Assembly: GCA_963817955.1 (NCBI GenBank)
Contig: CAWFQK010000004.1
Span: forward strand, 1,184,001 to 1,248,000
Length of the DNA: 64,000 nt
From: an uncultured Gemmatimonadaceae bacterium
Lineage (GTDB): Bacteria; Gemmatimonadota; Gemmatimonadetes; Gemmatimonadales; Gemmatimonadaceae
Direction of reading: 5' to 3'
In this document: piece by piece, positions 53,093 through 63,510 of the stretch
How positions within the stretch are numbered: position 1 is the first letter of the stretch
Layout: each line of letters starts with the position of its first letter
Translations under genes and position numbers: made by a program
The notes under the pieces: model-generated
What the model was told of the DNA's origin: nothing
Seen by the model: the letters and a program-made list of their open reading frames with translations, nothing else
Databases searched by the model: none

Positions 53093-54826
53093 GTGACCCG
53101 TAGATACACTCCCCTGCTTCTCGCGCTCGTGGCGTCGGCCGCCTGCGGCATTGCGCCGAGTACTTCCGCCACGCCGGTCGCCACACGGACCGTTTGGCCC
53201 GACGAAGGTCCCGCCAAGTGGGCGCCGCGTGCCACTGAGACAGCCATCCTGCCCAACGATCTTCGGACCCGCCTCTATCAATTCGCTGACGATTCGATGG
53301 CCGGCCGGCGCATTGGCGAGCTTGGAAACTTCAAGGGAACGGCGTACATCGCAGGTGAGTTCAAGCGGCTCGGCCTGAAGCCGGCCGGAGAGAACGGCAC
53401 CTACTTTCAGGTGTTACCGTACGGCGCCGCAGCGGTGGACAGCCTGCGCGCGCGACTGATCGCCAACGGCACCACGATCTCGCTGAAGACGGGCTGGATT
53501 CCCGTGGCCGCGAACGCGGCAAATGGAATCGTCGAGAGCGCGAGCGTGCAGAGCGTGCCCGCTGTCTTCGCCGGTCGTTGGGGCGACACCGCGACGGCGC
53601 TCGACGCGAGCGCGCTGCGCGGGAAGGTCGCGGTGTTCACGGCGCCCGTGATGCCCACCACGACTCGCGGGCGCGGCGGCAACTTCACGGCAGTGCGCGA
53701 CCTGCGCGCATCGCGCGCTGGCGCGGCACTCATCCTCGTCGCGTCACTCGACTCCATGCCACGTACGGCGGTCAATGGCGCGTTCAACTCACGCCCCGGC
53801 ATGCGGCCCGAGCCGTCGACCGGACTTGGCGCCGCCGCGATCAGTTTCGATGCGGCACAACGCATTTTCGGCCGCCCGCTCGATCAGCTGACAGCTGGCA
53901 CGGTTGGACAGAGCGTGACGGCAAGCTGGAGCTCCGAATGGAAACCGGCTCCCTACGACGCACGGAACGTCATCGCGATCCTGCCGGGTTCCGACCCGCG
54001 CCGCGCGGGCGAGTTCGTGCTCGTCGGTGCGCACAACGACCATATGGGCCTCAACCCCTTCGGCGTCGATCATGATTCGGTGCGCGCCTTCAATCGCGTC
54101 ATTCGGCCGCAAGGAGCGAACGACCCGGTGCGCAAGCCCACCGCCGCCGAGCAGCTGCGGATCGATTCGCTCATCGCCCACGCGCGGTCGATCCGTCCGC
54201 CGCGCCGCGACTCGATCATGAACGGCGCCGACGATGATGGCTCCGGCACCGTGATCATGCTCGAGATCGCTGAGAAATTCGCAAGCGAACATCCTGCGCG
54301 CTCGATCGTGTTCATTTCGCACCAGGGAGAAGAAGCGGGATTGCTCGGCTCCAAGTGGTTCACCGATCACCCGACCATTTCGCTGGACTCGATCGTCGCG
54401 GCGCACAATATGGACATGGACGGCCGCGGGCGCGTGACCGACGTGAAGTTCGGTGGACCGAACTCTATCCAGACCCTCGGCTCACGTCGTCTATCGCGTG
54501 AATTCGGCGACATCATCGATTCGGTGAATGCGACGATTCAGCAACCGATGGCGATCGACCGCAGTTGGGACGTGCCGGCGAACCCGCTCAACCGTTTCTG
54601 CCGCAGCGATCAGGTCAACTACGTGCACCACGACGTACCGGTCACCTATTTCTCCACCGGCTACACGATCGATTATCACCAGCCGACCGACGAACCCGAG
54701 TACATCGACTACGATCACGCGGCGCGCGTTGGCAATTTCATTCACGACATCATGTACGCCATCGCGATGCGGGCCGACAAGCCGAAGATCGCGGGGGCAG
54801 ATCCGGCGTATCCGACATGCAGATGA
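53093..54826 (+). CDS. M28 family metallopeptidase (lipoprotein, PA-like insert)
   Basis: NVIAILPG, GAHNDH, NGADDDGSG, GEEAGLLGS, NMDM, RSD, DYH..TDE. GTG start at 53093 with lipobox SAAC. Confidence 0.9.
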   Translation: MTRRYTPLLLALVASAACGIAPSTSATPVATRTVWPDEGPAKWAPRATETAILPNDLRTRLYQFADDSMAGRRIGELGNFKGTAYIAGEFKRLGLKPAGENGTYFQVLPYGAAAVDSLRARLIANGTTISLKTGWIPVAANAANGIVESASVQSVPAVFAGRWGDTATALDASALRGKVAVFTAPVMPTTTRGRGGNFTAVRDLRASRAGAALILVASLDSMPRTAVNGAFNSRPGMRPEPSTGLGAAAISFDAAQRIFGRPLDQLTAGTVGQSVTASWSSEWKPAPYDARNVIAILPGSDPRRAGEFVLVGAHNDHMGLNPFGVDHDSVRAFNRVIRPQGANDPVRKPTAAEQLRIDSLIAHARSIRPPRRDSIMNGADDDGSGTVIMLEIAEKFASEHPARSIVFISHQGEEAGLLGSKWFTDHPTISLDSIVAAHNMDMDGRGRVTDVKFGGPNSIQTLGSRRLSREFGDIIDSVNATIQQPMAIDRSWDVPANPLNRFCRSDQVNYVHHDVPVTYFSTGYTIDYHQPTDEPEYIDYDHAARVGNFIHDIMYAIAMRADKPKIAGADPAYPTCR

Positions 54827-55635
54827 CGGGCACGGCCTCGGGCCTTCTCATCCTCGCCACTTCGTTCCTTTGCACCGCTCACGCCGTGGCTCAGAATCCT
54901 CCTTCCACCGGCAAGGCTGTTGCGCCAAAACCGGCGGACACCGAAGTGTGGGAGCCGGTTCCGCCGGTCGTGACGCCAGGGCGCACGAACGCCGACGCGC
55001 CCTCGGACGCCGTCGTGCTATTCGACGGTCGAACCCTCGACCAATGGGTGTCGGCGCGCGACGAGTCGCCGGCGCGCTGGACGGTGGCCGACGGCGTGCT
55101 CACCGTGAACAAGCAAGCGGGTGACATCCGCACGCGCCGCACCTTTGGCAATTACCAACTCCACGTCGAGTGGCGTATTCCCACGAACGTCACCGGGAGC
55201 GGCCAGGAGCGCGGCAACAGCGGCGTGTACCTCGCGTGGCTTGGCAACGGTGGCTACGAGCTGCAAGTGCTCGATTCCTACGAGAACAAGACCTACGTGA
55301 ACGGCCAGGCGGCGAGCATCTACAAACAGTATCCGCCGCTCGTCAACGCCGCCCGGAAACCCGGGGAATGGCAGAGCTACGATGTCGTGTGGACGGCACC
55401 AACGTTCAATGCGGACGGTTCACTCGCCACGCCGGCATACGTCACCGCCTTCCACAACGGCGTGCTGGTGCAGAACCATGTCGCGCTGCGCGGCCAGACC
55501 GAGTACATCGGAACGCCTGCGTACCACGCGCATGGCGCCGCGCCCATCCTGTTGCAAGCACACGGTGATCCGAGTCCTCCAATCAGTTTTCGCAACATCT
55601 GGGTGCGCGAGCTGCCGCCGCGCATCACGAAGTAA
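54823..55635 (+). CDS. DUF1080 / 3-keto-disaccharide hydrolase family protein
   Basis: PSDAVVLFDG, LHVEW, GNSGV, YELQVLDS, GEWQSYD, LQ.HG...FRNIWVREL. ATGA overlap with the M28 stop. Confidence 0.9.
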   Translation: MTGTASGLLILATSFLCTAHAVAQNPPSTGKAVAPKPADTEVWEPVPPVVTPGRTNADAPSDAVVLFDGRTLDQWVSARDESPARWTVADGVLTVNKQAGDIRTRRTFGNYQLHVEWRIPTNVTGSGQERGNSGVYLAWLGNGGYELQVLDSYENKTYVNGQAASIYKQYPPLVNAARKPGEWQSYDVVWTAPTFNADGSLATPAYVTAFHNGVLVQNHVALRGQTEYIGTPAYHAHGAAPILLQAHGDPSPPISFRNIWVRELPPRITK

Positions 55636-55683
55636 CGGACTATCTTTCTACAGGAGCAACTTCGGCCTCACACTCGGCGAACG

Positions 55684-56100
55684 ATGAAACCACTTCTGAT
55701 CCTGGCGACAATTCTATGTGCCACCGCATGCGTGGAAGGCACGACCGCGCCTGGACAGGCGGCGATTGCCGGCTCGTTCGCACTGGACTCCGTCGGGAGC
55801 CAGCGGTTGCCCGCATTCCTGTCGGGCTCGAATGGCATGTCGACCTATCTCGTATCGGTCACGCTGAGCCTGGACAGCAGCACCGCCAGCTACATCGGCA
55901 CCGAAAGGGATAGCGTCGTGGGCGCATTCCCACGCGACTACGCTACGAGCAGCACGCTCAGCGGTGGCTATTTGACGCAGGCGGATGTCAGCGCCCAGAC
56001 CACGATCACGCTCAGCGGTATCGGAAGCGGACACGTCTTGACCAACGGTTTTACGATTGAGGGCGGCACGGGCGGCACGTTGTACTTCAGTCGGCGGTAG
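55684..56100 (+). CDS. Hypothetical lipoprotein (lipocalin-like beta strands)
   Basis: Lipobox ATAC, IAGSFAL.SV....LP pattern, terminal LYFSRR. Confidence 0.6.
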   Translation: MKPLLILATILCATACVEGTTAPGQAAIAGSFALDSVGSQRLPAFLSGSNGMSTYLVSVTLSLDSSTASYIGTERDSVVGAFPRDYATSSTLSGGYLTQADVSAQTTITLSGIGSGHVLTNGFTIEGGTGGTLYFSRR

Positions 56101-56119
56101 CGGCTGCCCGGCGAGCCCG

Positions 56120-57583
56120 TTACCGCTCTCGCACGTCTGCCATCTCCTGCTGCTTCGCAAAGTCGTATAGCGTGACACGTCGCACGTGGTAGTACGACGT
56201 CCAGTAGTTCCGCAGCGCCTGCACGTAGGAGATGAGCGCCGCGTCCTTCTCGTTCTGGGACGTGTACAGGTCGAGGTTGCCGATCTTGCCAATGAGGTAG
56301 CGGTTCTTTGCTACGTCAAAGCGCTTGGTGGCAACGGTGTCCGCCTTCGCTGAGATGATCACGTTCCGCTGCGCCTGCTCAAGCTGGAGCACGGAGAATC
56401 GCGCGTCCTCCACCAGCGCGTCACGCCGCGACTTGTTGCTCGCCACGGTGCGCTGGTCGTCGGCCTGCGCGGCTTCGAGGTCGGCGTGCCCTGCGCCCCA
56501 CTGCACCATCGGCATGTTGAGACCTACCTGCAGCGTCTGCTTGCCGAGCGGACTCTGATAGGATTGGCCGAACACCGAGGCCGTCTGATTGAATCCGACG
56601 CTCGCGCCGATCGTGGCGCTGAACCGGTTGTTCAACTTTGCCTCGGTGATCCGTCGCTGACTCTGCACCAGTTCCAACGCCGACTCCTCCATGACGCTGG
56701 AGTTCTTGAGCGCCATGCGCACCGCGACCTCCTCGTCCGCCTGTACAACCGGAATGGAGTCCGGCGTCACGATGGCAAAGGCCTGACCTTCCGGGTAATC
56801 GATCGTACGGCGCAGGACTGCTTCGGCACGGTCGCGCGCCAGCTTGGCGTCATCCACCGATGCCCGCGACTTGAGCAGTTGCAGCTCGCTCTGCAGCAAC
56901 TCGTTCTCGCCGATCTTACCGACCTCGTACCGTCCCTTGTTCAGGGTGAACAACGTATCGTTCACTGCCGCGTTGGCCGTGGCATTACGCAGACTCACCT
57001 GCGCCGCGTACAGATCGAAGAACGCGGCCGCCGTGCTGCCCGCCACATCCTCGCGCGCTTCCAGGTATTGACGCTCGGCGACGCTGGCACCGAGTGATTG
57101 CACCTTCTCGTCCCACACGAGCGCACGCGGCTTGAAGAGATCCTGCTGCAGGCTGATCAGCACCGGCGTGGTCTGGTAGTACTTGTTGTTCTGGTCGCCG
57201 AACAGGTCGATACGGCTCACCGCCGAACCGATCGACAGCGTGCCCCCGGTCAGCGGGATCTTCTGCGACACGGCCAGACCCAACGTGGACTGGTTCTGTG
57301 CCTGTGACACGAACTGCGTCGAGCCATCGGGCGCCGTGATCGGGTTGATGCCGCGATTCAGGTTGGCCGCGTTGCCGGACAGCGCCACCTGCGGCAGCAG
57401 CCGCGCGTTGAAGGCGTGATCGCGGTAGCGGGCCGCGTCGCGCGTGCTCCTCGCCATCTGGGCGGCAGGGCCACGCTGCTGAGCCATGCTGATGGCATCC
57501 TGCAGCGTGAGTGCCTGCGATCGCTGCGCCTGCAGCGCGGCCGGCAGTGCGAGCGCGACGAGACAATATCGTATGCGTATCAT
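56120..57583 (-). CDS. TolC-family outer membrane efflux protein
   Basis: LTLQDAI..A, two OEP-like repeats (RYEVGKI..ELLQ; RYLIGKI..LDL). Confidence 0.9.
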   Translation of the reverse strand: MIRIRYCLVALALPAALQAQRSQALTLQDAISMAQQRGPAAQMARSTRDAARYRDHAFNARLLPQVALSGNAANLNRGINPITAPDGSTQFVSQAQNQSTLGLAVSQKIPLTGGTLSIGSAVSRIDLFGDQNNKYYQTTPVLISLQQDLFKPRALVWDEKVQSLGASVAERQYLEAREDVAGSTAAAFFDLYAAQVSLRNATANAAVNDTLFTLNKGRYEVGKIGENELLQSELQLLKSRASVDDAKLARDRAEAVLRRTIDYPEGQAFAIVTPDSIPVVQADEEVAVRMALKNSSVMEESALELVQSQRRITEAKLNNRFSATIGASVGFNQTASVFGQSYQSPLGKQTLQVGLNMPMVQWGAGHADLEAAQADDQRTVASNKSRRDALVEDARFSVLQLEQAQRNVIISAKADTVATKRFDVAKNRYLIGKIGNLDLYTSQNEKDAALISYVQALRNYWTSYYHVRRVTLYDFAKQQEMADVRER

Positions 57584-58932
57584 TACTCGTAACGGAGACA
57601 GACAATCGGATCCTGCTTCGCGGCGCGCGAGGCAGGCATGATACCGAACACGAGCCCCACGGCCACCGAGACGCCGAAGGCCACGATCACCGACATCGGC
57701 GACACGAGCGTGTGAATTTTTGCCGCACGTTCGATCACCACCGCCAGCACGACGCCTATGATGATCCCGGCGATGCCGCCGGCAAGACTGATCATCACCG
57801 CCTCACTGAGGAACTGCGCACGGATATCGGTCTGCGTCGCACCCACGGCGCGCCGGACACCGATCTCTTTGATGCGCTCCAGGATCGACGCGAGCATGAT
57901 GTTCATGATGCCGATGCCGCCGACCACCAGCGAAATGGAGGCGATGGCACCGAGCACGATATTGAAGATCGTCTTCGTGCGCTGCTCCTGCTTGAGCAGC
58001 AATTCCGGCACGGTGATCTCGAAATCCGTCACGTCGTTATGTCGCCGCTGCAGCATGCGCCGCACGACGGCGGCCACCGCCGGCACCGCCGCCGATTTGT
58101 CCACCTGTACGATCACCTTGTCGAGCTGGTGATAATTGCGCTTCTCGGCGCGCTGATCGTCAGTCTGCGACGAATCCGTGGAATTGCCATCGCGCGCCGC
58201 GAGCTCCATCTCCTGCTGCGTCACTTCGCCACGGTTGCGGTACCGCAGCAACATGGTCGGCAGTGGGACGTAGACGTCCATGTTCGCGTCACGAATGCCG
58301 AGCCGCTGCGCCGTTTCCGTGGATACTTTCCGATCCTCCAGCACGCCGACCACCGTGAGCCACTCGTTGCCCACCTTGACCATGTGCCCGATCGGGTCCT
58401 CCGTGGTGAAGAAACGCGACTTCACACCCAATCCAATCACGGCAACCGGACTGGCGTCGGCGAACTGTCGCGCCACGAACGCTGCACCCTGGGCCATGCG
58501 CAGGTTCATGAGATCGAAGTAGCCGGAGTCGATTCCCACCAGCTTCCCCGAGCGGTGGTGTCCCTCGCGCGTGATGACGCTGTTGATCACCACCTCGCTG
58601 CTCGTGCGCGTGACCTCTGGAATCGTCGCCCTGATACTCAGCGCGTCGAGGTAGTTGAGCCCCGGCGTGAACTTCTTCGATTGCTTCTTGCCGTCGTCCT
58701 TGTCCACCTTGCCCTCGGTCTGCTCCACGAGTGGCGTGATGACGATGTTGTTCGCGCCGAGGAGGCGCATCTGCGCCAGAATCTCCTGCTCGGCGCCATT
58801 CCCTATCGCCAGCATCGCGATGACCGATGCGACGCCGAACAAGATGCCCAACGAGGTGAGGCCGGCGCGCAATTTGTTGTGCGCCACCGCCTCCGCGGCC
58901 GTGCGGCCGCTGAACATGATCTGTGCGAGCAC
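57583..58932 (-). CDS. MacB-like ABC transporter permease (no NBD)
   Basis: R..LT.LGI.FGVASVIAM.AIG.G, VGGIGIMNIML.S..ER.KEIG.RRA.GA, PA.RAA..DPI..LRYE. Confidence 0.92.
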   Translation of the reverse strand: MLAQIMFSGRTAAEAVAHNKLRAGLTSLGILFGVASVIAMLAIGNGAEQEILAQMRLLGANNIVITPLVEQTEGKVDKDDGKKQSKKFTPGLNYLDALSIRATIPEVTRTSSEVVINSVITREGHHRSGKLVGIDSGYFDLMNLRMAQGAAFVARQFADASPVAVIGLGVKSRFFTTEDPIGHMVKVGNEWLTVVGVLEDRKVSTETAQRLGIRDANMDVYVPLPTMLLRYRNRGEVTQQEMELAARDGNSTDSSQTDDQRAEKRNYHQLDKVIVQVDKSAAVPAVAAVVRRMLQRRHNDVTDFEITVPELLLKQEQRTKTIFNIVLGAIASISLVVGGIGIMNIMLASILERIKEIGVRRAVGATQTDIRAQFLSEAVMISLAGGIAGIIIGVVLAVVIERAAKIHTLVSPMSVIVAFGVSVAVGLVFGIMPASRAAKQDPIVCLRYE

Positions 58933-58934
58933 GC

Positions 58935-60299
58935 TCAGCCTTTGCGCTTCGCGCTCACCGGCGGCTTGCCTGCCGGCAGCGTGACGCTCTTGGCCGTATC
59001 CGCGCCTGACGTTGGCGCGGTCACCGGCTTGGCGCCGGGAAGCGTTACCGTCTTGATGCCCGTCTTGTCGGTGGGGATCGTCAGCAGCACGTGGTCGTCA
59101 GCCTTGAGTCCGCGTTTCACGATGACCTCGTTGTCGTTCATCGCGCCCGTCTCGATCTGCTGCTTCACCACGTGGCTACCGTCCTTCTTGTACGCGTAGG
59201 AGTAGCCGCCCTCGCTGACCAGGGCCTCGAGTGGAATCGACAGCACGTTGTCCACCGATGCGATCTCGATCGCATTCGCCGTCGTCATGCCTGGGCGCAG
59301 GGTGGTGTCCGCCTTTGTGATGTCGATCTTCACCTCGAAGACTTTGGAGTCCTGGTTCGGCCGCTGCTCCCCAACGTTCGCGACCTGGGTCACGACGCCG
59401 TCGAGCTTCTTCGTGGCGTCAGCATCGAGCGTGATCTGCACCTTCTGGCCGACCGCCACCTTCCGCACGTCCACTTCGTTCACGTACGTGTCCGATTCCA
59501 TCTGCGACAGATCAGGGAGTGTTGCGACCGTTGGATCCCACGGGCCCCACTGCGAACCGACACCCTTCTTCTTGCCACTCCATTCGCGAACGTAAATGAC
59601 CATTCCCGGTGCCGGCGCCTTGACGGTGAAGGCGGCCATTACGTCCTGAATGCCTTTGAGCAGAATCTGTTGGCGGCCGAGGTCCGCGCCAACCGATGAC
59701 ATCTTAGCCACGGCCTGTTTGGTCTTGGTATCGAGATTGCGCTTCGCCTGGTCCAGACCCCGTTGCGCCTTCTCGTAGTCGATCTCCGCTTGACGCTGGA
59801 TGCTCGGCGCCTCGTACTGCGCCTGCTCCTTGGCGATCTTCTTTTCCTCGAGCGTGTACTCGGCGGTCCGCACGTCCTCGCGAGACTGCGCGAGATTGAG
59901 CGCCGAGTCGAGTTGCGCGGTTGTGTATTCGGCTTGCGCCTTTTGCAGATTGAGCGTGACGTCCGAGAGCCTCGTCGCGACCGGTCCGCGGTCGAGCTCG
60001 GCGATGACGTCGCCCTCTTTCACCACCGAGCCCTCGGGCACGATCGATGAAATTTTCGTCTGGTAGACATTCACCGACTGCGCTTGGGCAGGGCCCGTGA
60101 CCTGCACGAACTTGCGCGCGCGCAACTCGCCCGTGGTCGTGACGGTCACCTTGAACTTGCCCTGTTTGACCGGCGCCAGGAGCGCGGCTTCAGCGGCCGA
60201 TGCGGTCGCCGGCCACTTGTACCAGGCGATGGGACCGCCAATAGCTAGCACGACGAGAACCAGCGGAATCCAGCGTTTGCGAAGCCGTTGCATCTCCAA
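58935..60299 (-). CDS. Efflux periplasmic adaptor (MFP/MacA-like)
   Basis: N-terminal TM, lipoyl-like EG..VK.GD.IAELD, coiled coil, V.AP..G.V, LRPGMT. Confidence 0.9.
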   Translation of the reverse strand: MEMQRLRKRWIPLVLVVLAIGGPIAWYKWPATASAAEAALLAPVKQGKFKVTVTTTGELRARKFVQVTGPAQAQSVNVYQTKISSIVPEGSVVKEGDVIAELDRGPVATRLSDVTLNLQKAQAEYTTAQLDSALNLAQSREDVRTAEYTLEEKKIAKEQAQYEAPSIQRQAEIDYEKAQRGLDQAKRNLDTKTKQAVAKMSSVGADLGRQQILLKGIQDVMAAFTVKAPAPGMVIYVREWSGKKKGVGSQWGPWDPTVATLPDLSQMESDTYVNEVDVRKVAVGQKVQITLDADATKKLDGVVTQVANVGEQRPNQDSKVFEVKIDITKADTTLRPGMTTANAIEIASVDNVLSIPLEALVSEGGYSYAYKKDGSHVVKQQIETGAMNDNEVIVKRGLKADDHVLLTIPTDKTGIKTVTLPGAKPVTAPTSGADTAKSVTLPAGKPPVSAKRKG

Positions 60300-60497
60300 T
60301 CTCTCTTGTTGGAAGCGCGAAGAACCGTGATCCAGGCCGTTCGAGTTAGCTTATGGGACCTGTATACAAACAGCAATGAACGCTCAATTAGGAATTGATG
60401 AGGATATGGGACGCCGGAACGCTGGCGTCCGCGGCGTCCACCACGTTGGACACCGCTGGCCGTCAAAGCGTTGCCGAATCAGCCCTACGGCTTGCAT

Positions 60498-60770
60498 CAG
60501 TCACAGCTTGTCGAATCCGTGGGTTCGATCGCCACCTTCAAGCGATTCAGCCTCGAGCGCTTCGCCGACGGCCGACCGGTGAGTTGATGTCGTGCTACGC
60601 GCTCATGGGCTATCTTACCGGTCCAATCGCCGCGCTCATCGGCATGAATCGGACGGTGCAGGATGCACGGCGTTTCGTTGTCGGACGGACAGCGCCAACG
60701 CATTGCGATCGCGCGTGCGCTCTATCGTGAACCGCAGGTGCTCATCCTCGATGAGGCGACATCGGCGCTG
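60498..60770 (+). pseudogene. Collapsed remnant of a peptidase-domain (bacteriocin/T1SS-type) ABC exporter
   Basis: Three abutting fragments in different frames: [86 protein letters not shown]. Confidence 0.72.
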
Positions 60771-60889
60771 GTGGAGGATACAATGCAGGACCTGACACTG
60801 CGACGCGCGGCACTGCGGCCGGAACGGCCGGTGCCAACGGCAGCGCTCCCAGGTGGGACCAGGCACCTGCGCTGGCGGGTACGGAGTAA

Positions 60890-62200
60890 GTGGGGCTCGT
60901 GACCGGAGAGCGGTGTGCCCCACTCGTGCGCCCTCCGCAGTGGGCGCATACCGCAGCCGCCGCGCACGCGCGTACGCCCTCCGCTCGCGCGCGGTCGTCG
61001 CTGAACGCACTCTTCGGCGCGCTCATTGCCATCGTCGGTGCCACCGGCGTTGCCGTCGTGCTCGGCCATCCAATCGGCGAACTTGCGGTCCACTTGTCCG
61101 CCGTACGATCTGCCTCCCTCGGAACCGTGATGTCGGCGTTCCTCTCGCTGGTTTGGACGGTGCCAATCGGCGTGCTCGTCGTGGTGGCGCACGAATGTGG
61201 TCACGTCGCCGGAGGTCTATTGGTCGGGTGGTCGTTTCGCTTGTTGTTCATCGGGCCGGTTCGAATCGTTCGTGTGCGTGGCCGATTGCGTGCGGAGTGG
61301 CACCGTTTGTCCTATCTGCACGGGGGAGCGGCACTCGTGACACCACGACGGTGGGAAACAGCCCGTCAGTTCCGTCGTCACCGTTGCTGGGTCGTGGTCG
61401 GAGGTCCGTTGGCCAGCTTGCTCCTGGCATGCTTGGCGGCGTTGTCGGTCCGCGCGCGGTCGTCGCCTGGCGTCGACATCCCGCATGCCTCGCTGTCCGT
61501 TCAATTCCAGGCATTCACCGCGTTTCTCTCACTCATGATCGGCGTCGGTACACTTCTACCGTTTCGTATGGGGCACGGAATGCGGAGTGACGGACTCCAG
61601 CTGGTGCGCCTCCTTCGCGTCCCAACGAGCGCTACGGGCCGAGCAGAGCTGGATGCAGAAGACCATCGACTACAGGCGTTGCTGACTGCCTTGTATCTTC
61701 GACCGCGTGAATGGCCCGACGAACTGGTTGCGCAACTGTCCACCCTGCGCGGCAGTGAAGGGCTGGTCATGCAGTACTATCGTGCCCTCGATCAAGCCCA
61801 GCTGGGAATTGCGCGTGACCTGCTGCAGCGGGCACTCGATGCGACCGCCCTGGAAGCAGGGGCGGACGCCGAGCGAGATCGGGTGTACCTCGCGCTGGAG
61901 GCCGCCACGTTCGAAGCACTCTGGCGCTCCGATGTTGCGGCTGCCGTGGCATGGCGTTCCTGGCTCGCGTCGACCGCGCTGGCGGATCCGTCGGCACGTG
62001 CGCTCGTCGATGCCGCCATCAGCTGTGCCGACGGTGATGCCGCGGCGCCTCGCCTCGTGCGTTCGGCGGAGCGCACGGTTCGTCACCGTAGCATGCTCGG
62101 TGTCGATCTCCTCCACAGTGTTTCACTTGAACGCCTCAGCGAAATGATGATCGGGGTGTCCGAACGCGTCGGCGTGCCGTTCACATCGCACAATGCCTGA
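60890..62200 (+). CDS. M50 family (site-2 protease-like) membrane metallopeptidase
   Basis: HECGH in a TM helix, [10 protein letters not shown]...SDG. Start uncertain. Confidence 0.8.
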   Translation: MGLVTGERCAPLVRPPQWAHTAAAAHARTPSARARSSLNALFGALIAIVGATGVAVVLGHPIGELAVHLSAVRSASLGTVMSAFLSLVWTVPIGVLVVVAHECGHVAGGLLVGWSFRLLFIGPVRIVRVRGRLRAEWHRLSYLHGGAALVTPRRWETARQFRRHRCWVVVGGPLASLLLACLAALSVRARSSPGVDIPHASLSVQFQAFTAFLSLMIGVGTLLPFRMGHGMRSDGLQLVRLLRVPTSATGRAELDAEDHRLQALLTALYLRPREWPDELVAQLSTLRGSEGLVMQYYRALDQAQLGIARDLLQRALDATALEAGADAERDRVYLALEAATFEALWRSDVAAAVAWRSWLASTALADPSARALVDAAISCADGDAAAPRLVRSAERTVRHRSMLGVDLLHSVSLERLSEMMIGVSERVGVPFTSHNA

Positions 62201-63368
62201 CCCGACTCCCCCCACCTCACTCGCCATACCAACGAGCTGGCAGGCTCCGTCGGATGGACTGCGCAAGGAGGGTGCGCCTCGTTTCTTGCTTCATGGCCTT
62301 GTGACCGTTTCGGTTGGCGGAGCCTTGATAGCGATGGCCGTCGCGCTGGGACTCGACGTGACCGGCGCGTCAAAGCTCACGTCAACTCTCAAAGATGTCG
62401 CGGACATCGGCAATGTTTTGCTACTCGTTTCGTTGGTCGTTCTGATCCATGAAACGGGGCACGCGGTAGCCGGCAAGCTGGCGGGATGGCGGTTCCAGAG
62501 TCTGCTAGTGGGCCCATTTCGACTGGTCGTGCGTGCTGGACGGCCGCGAATCGCGCTGCACCGGATATACGCACTCTATGCGGGCTTCGCGCAGCTATGT
62601 CCACCGACATGGCAGGAGGAGCGTGCGTACCGACGCAGTCTACAGGCACTGGTGTGCGGTGGTCCGCTCGCGAATGTGGTGGTGGGCGTTGCCGCGTGGT
62701 TGCTGTTGCTGACAGGACATGCCGCCTGGCGCGATCACCAGCTCCTTACGGTATTCAGTGGCATGTCGCTGGCGTGCGGGGCGGCAAATCTGATTCCATT
62801 TCGGCAGGGCGCCTTTCTGAGCGACGGCATGCAACTCATGGCATTGCGGTCAGAGGTCGGCGCTTGGCGCTCGGACCTATCGAGGATGCTGCACTCGCTG
62901 GCAGCGCTGCATCGCCCCAGGGAGTGGGACTGTAATCATGTCGCACAGTTGGTTGGACTGCCGGAAATAGACCACCTCTATTTCGAATACTTTCGCTCGC
63001 TCGACGTGGCCGATGTGGACGGCGCACATGCGTGTCTTCAGCGCGCCATCACTCGTGTTTCACCGGATAGTCGAGGAAGTCGCTGGAGAGATGGCGGCGT
63101 ACTGGCCCTCGACATCGCGGCCTTTGAGGGCGCCTGGCGCGGTGATACGGTTGCTGGGCGTGCGTGGTTGTCGCATGGAGCACGCACCAGGGATTCGCAC
63201 GCTTGGTCGCTCGCGACCGCCGCCATTGCCGCGGCCTCCGGCAACGGGCGTGGCGCGCGGAAGGCCCTCGCCGCCGCCGAGCGCTCCGCGCTCCATGACA
63301 CGGTGATGCGGCCGGATCTTCTGCGCATGCCGATCATCGAACGTATCGAATCGATGATCGGCCGATGA
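62193..63368 (+). CDS. M50 family membrane metallopeptidase (tandem paralog)
   Basis: HETGH, GGPLAN, NLIPF...SDG, RPREW shared with the upstream paralog. 8-nt overlap with it. Confidence 0.85.
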   Translation: MPDPTPPTSLAIPTSWQAPSDGLRKEGAPRFLLHGLVTVSVGGALIAMAVALGLDVTGASKLTSTLKDVADIGNVLLLVSLVVLIHETGHAVAGKLAGWRFQSLLVGPFRLVVRAGRPRIALHRIYALYAGFAQLCPPTWQEERAYRRSLQALVCGGPLANVVVGVAAWLLLLTGHAAWRDHQLLTVFSGMSLACGAANLIPFRQGAFLSDGMQLMALRSEVGAWRSDLSRMLHSLAALHRPREWDCNHVAQLVGLPEIDHLYFEYFRSLDVADVDGAHACLQRAITRVSPDSRGSRWRDGGVLALDIAAFEGAWRGDTVAGRAWLSHGARTRDSHAWSLATAAIAAASGNGRGARKALAAAERSALHDTVMRPDLLRMPIIERIESMIGR

Positions 63369-63510
63369 ACTGCGCCAAGTCGGATCCTTCTCACATGCGG
63401 ACCGCGACGTGAGCGCCGCCGCGCGGAACTCTCCCCTTCGTTTGTCGCCTCACCCTCTCGACGATCCGTCCATACCTTGAAGCGGACAGCCATCCAGAAG
63501 GGCGTCATTC

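Noticed and set aside
2766..59199. Many long antisense/alternate-frame ORFs (e.g. 2766-4001, 5060-6505, 8523-10712, 35374-37005, 39795-41189, 57511-59199)
   Set aside because: They overlap well-supported genes, are Arg/Ala/His-rich and carry no motifs, as expected for stop-poor shadow frames in high-GC DNA.
60663..60902. 79-aa ORF as the missing ATPase of the MacAB-TolC operon
   Set aside because: It has only the signature and Walker B (no Walker A), lies on the opposite strand, and sits with exporter-type TMD fragments, so it is a pseudogene piece.
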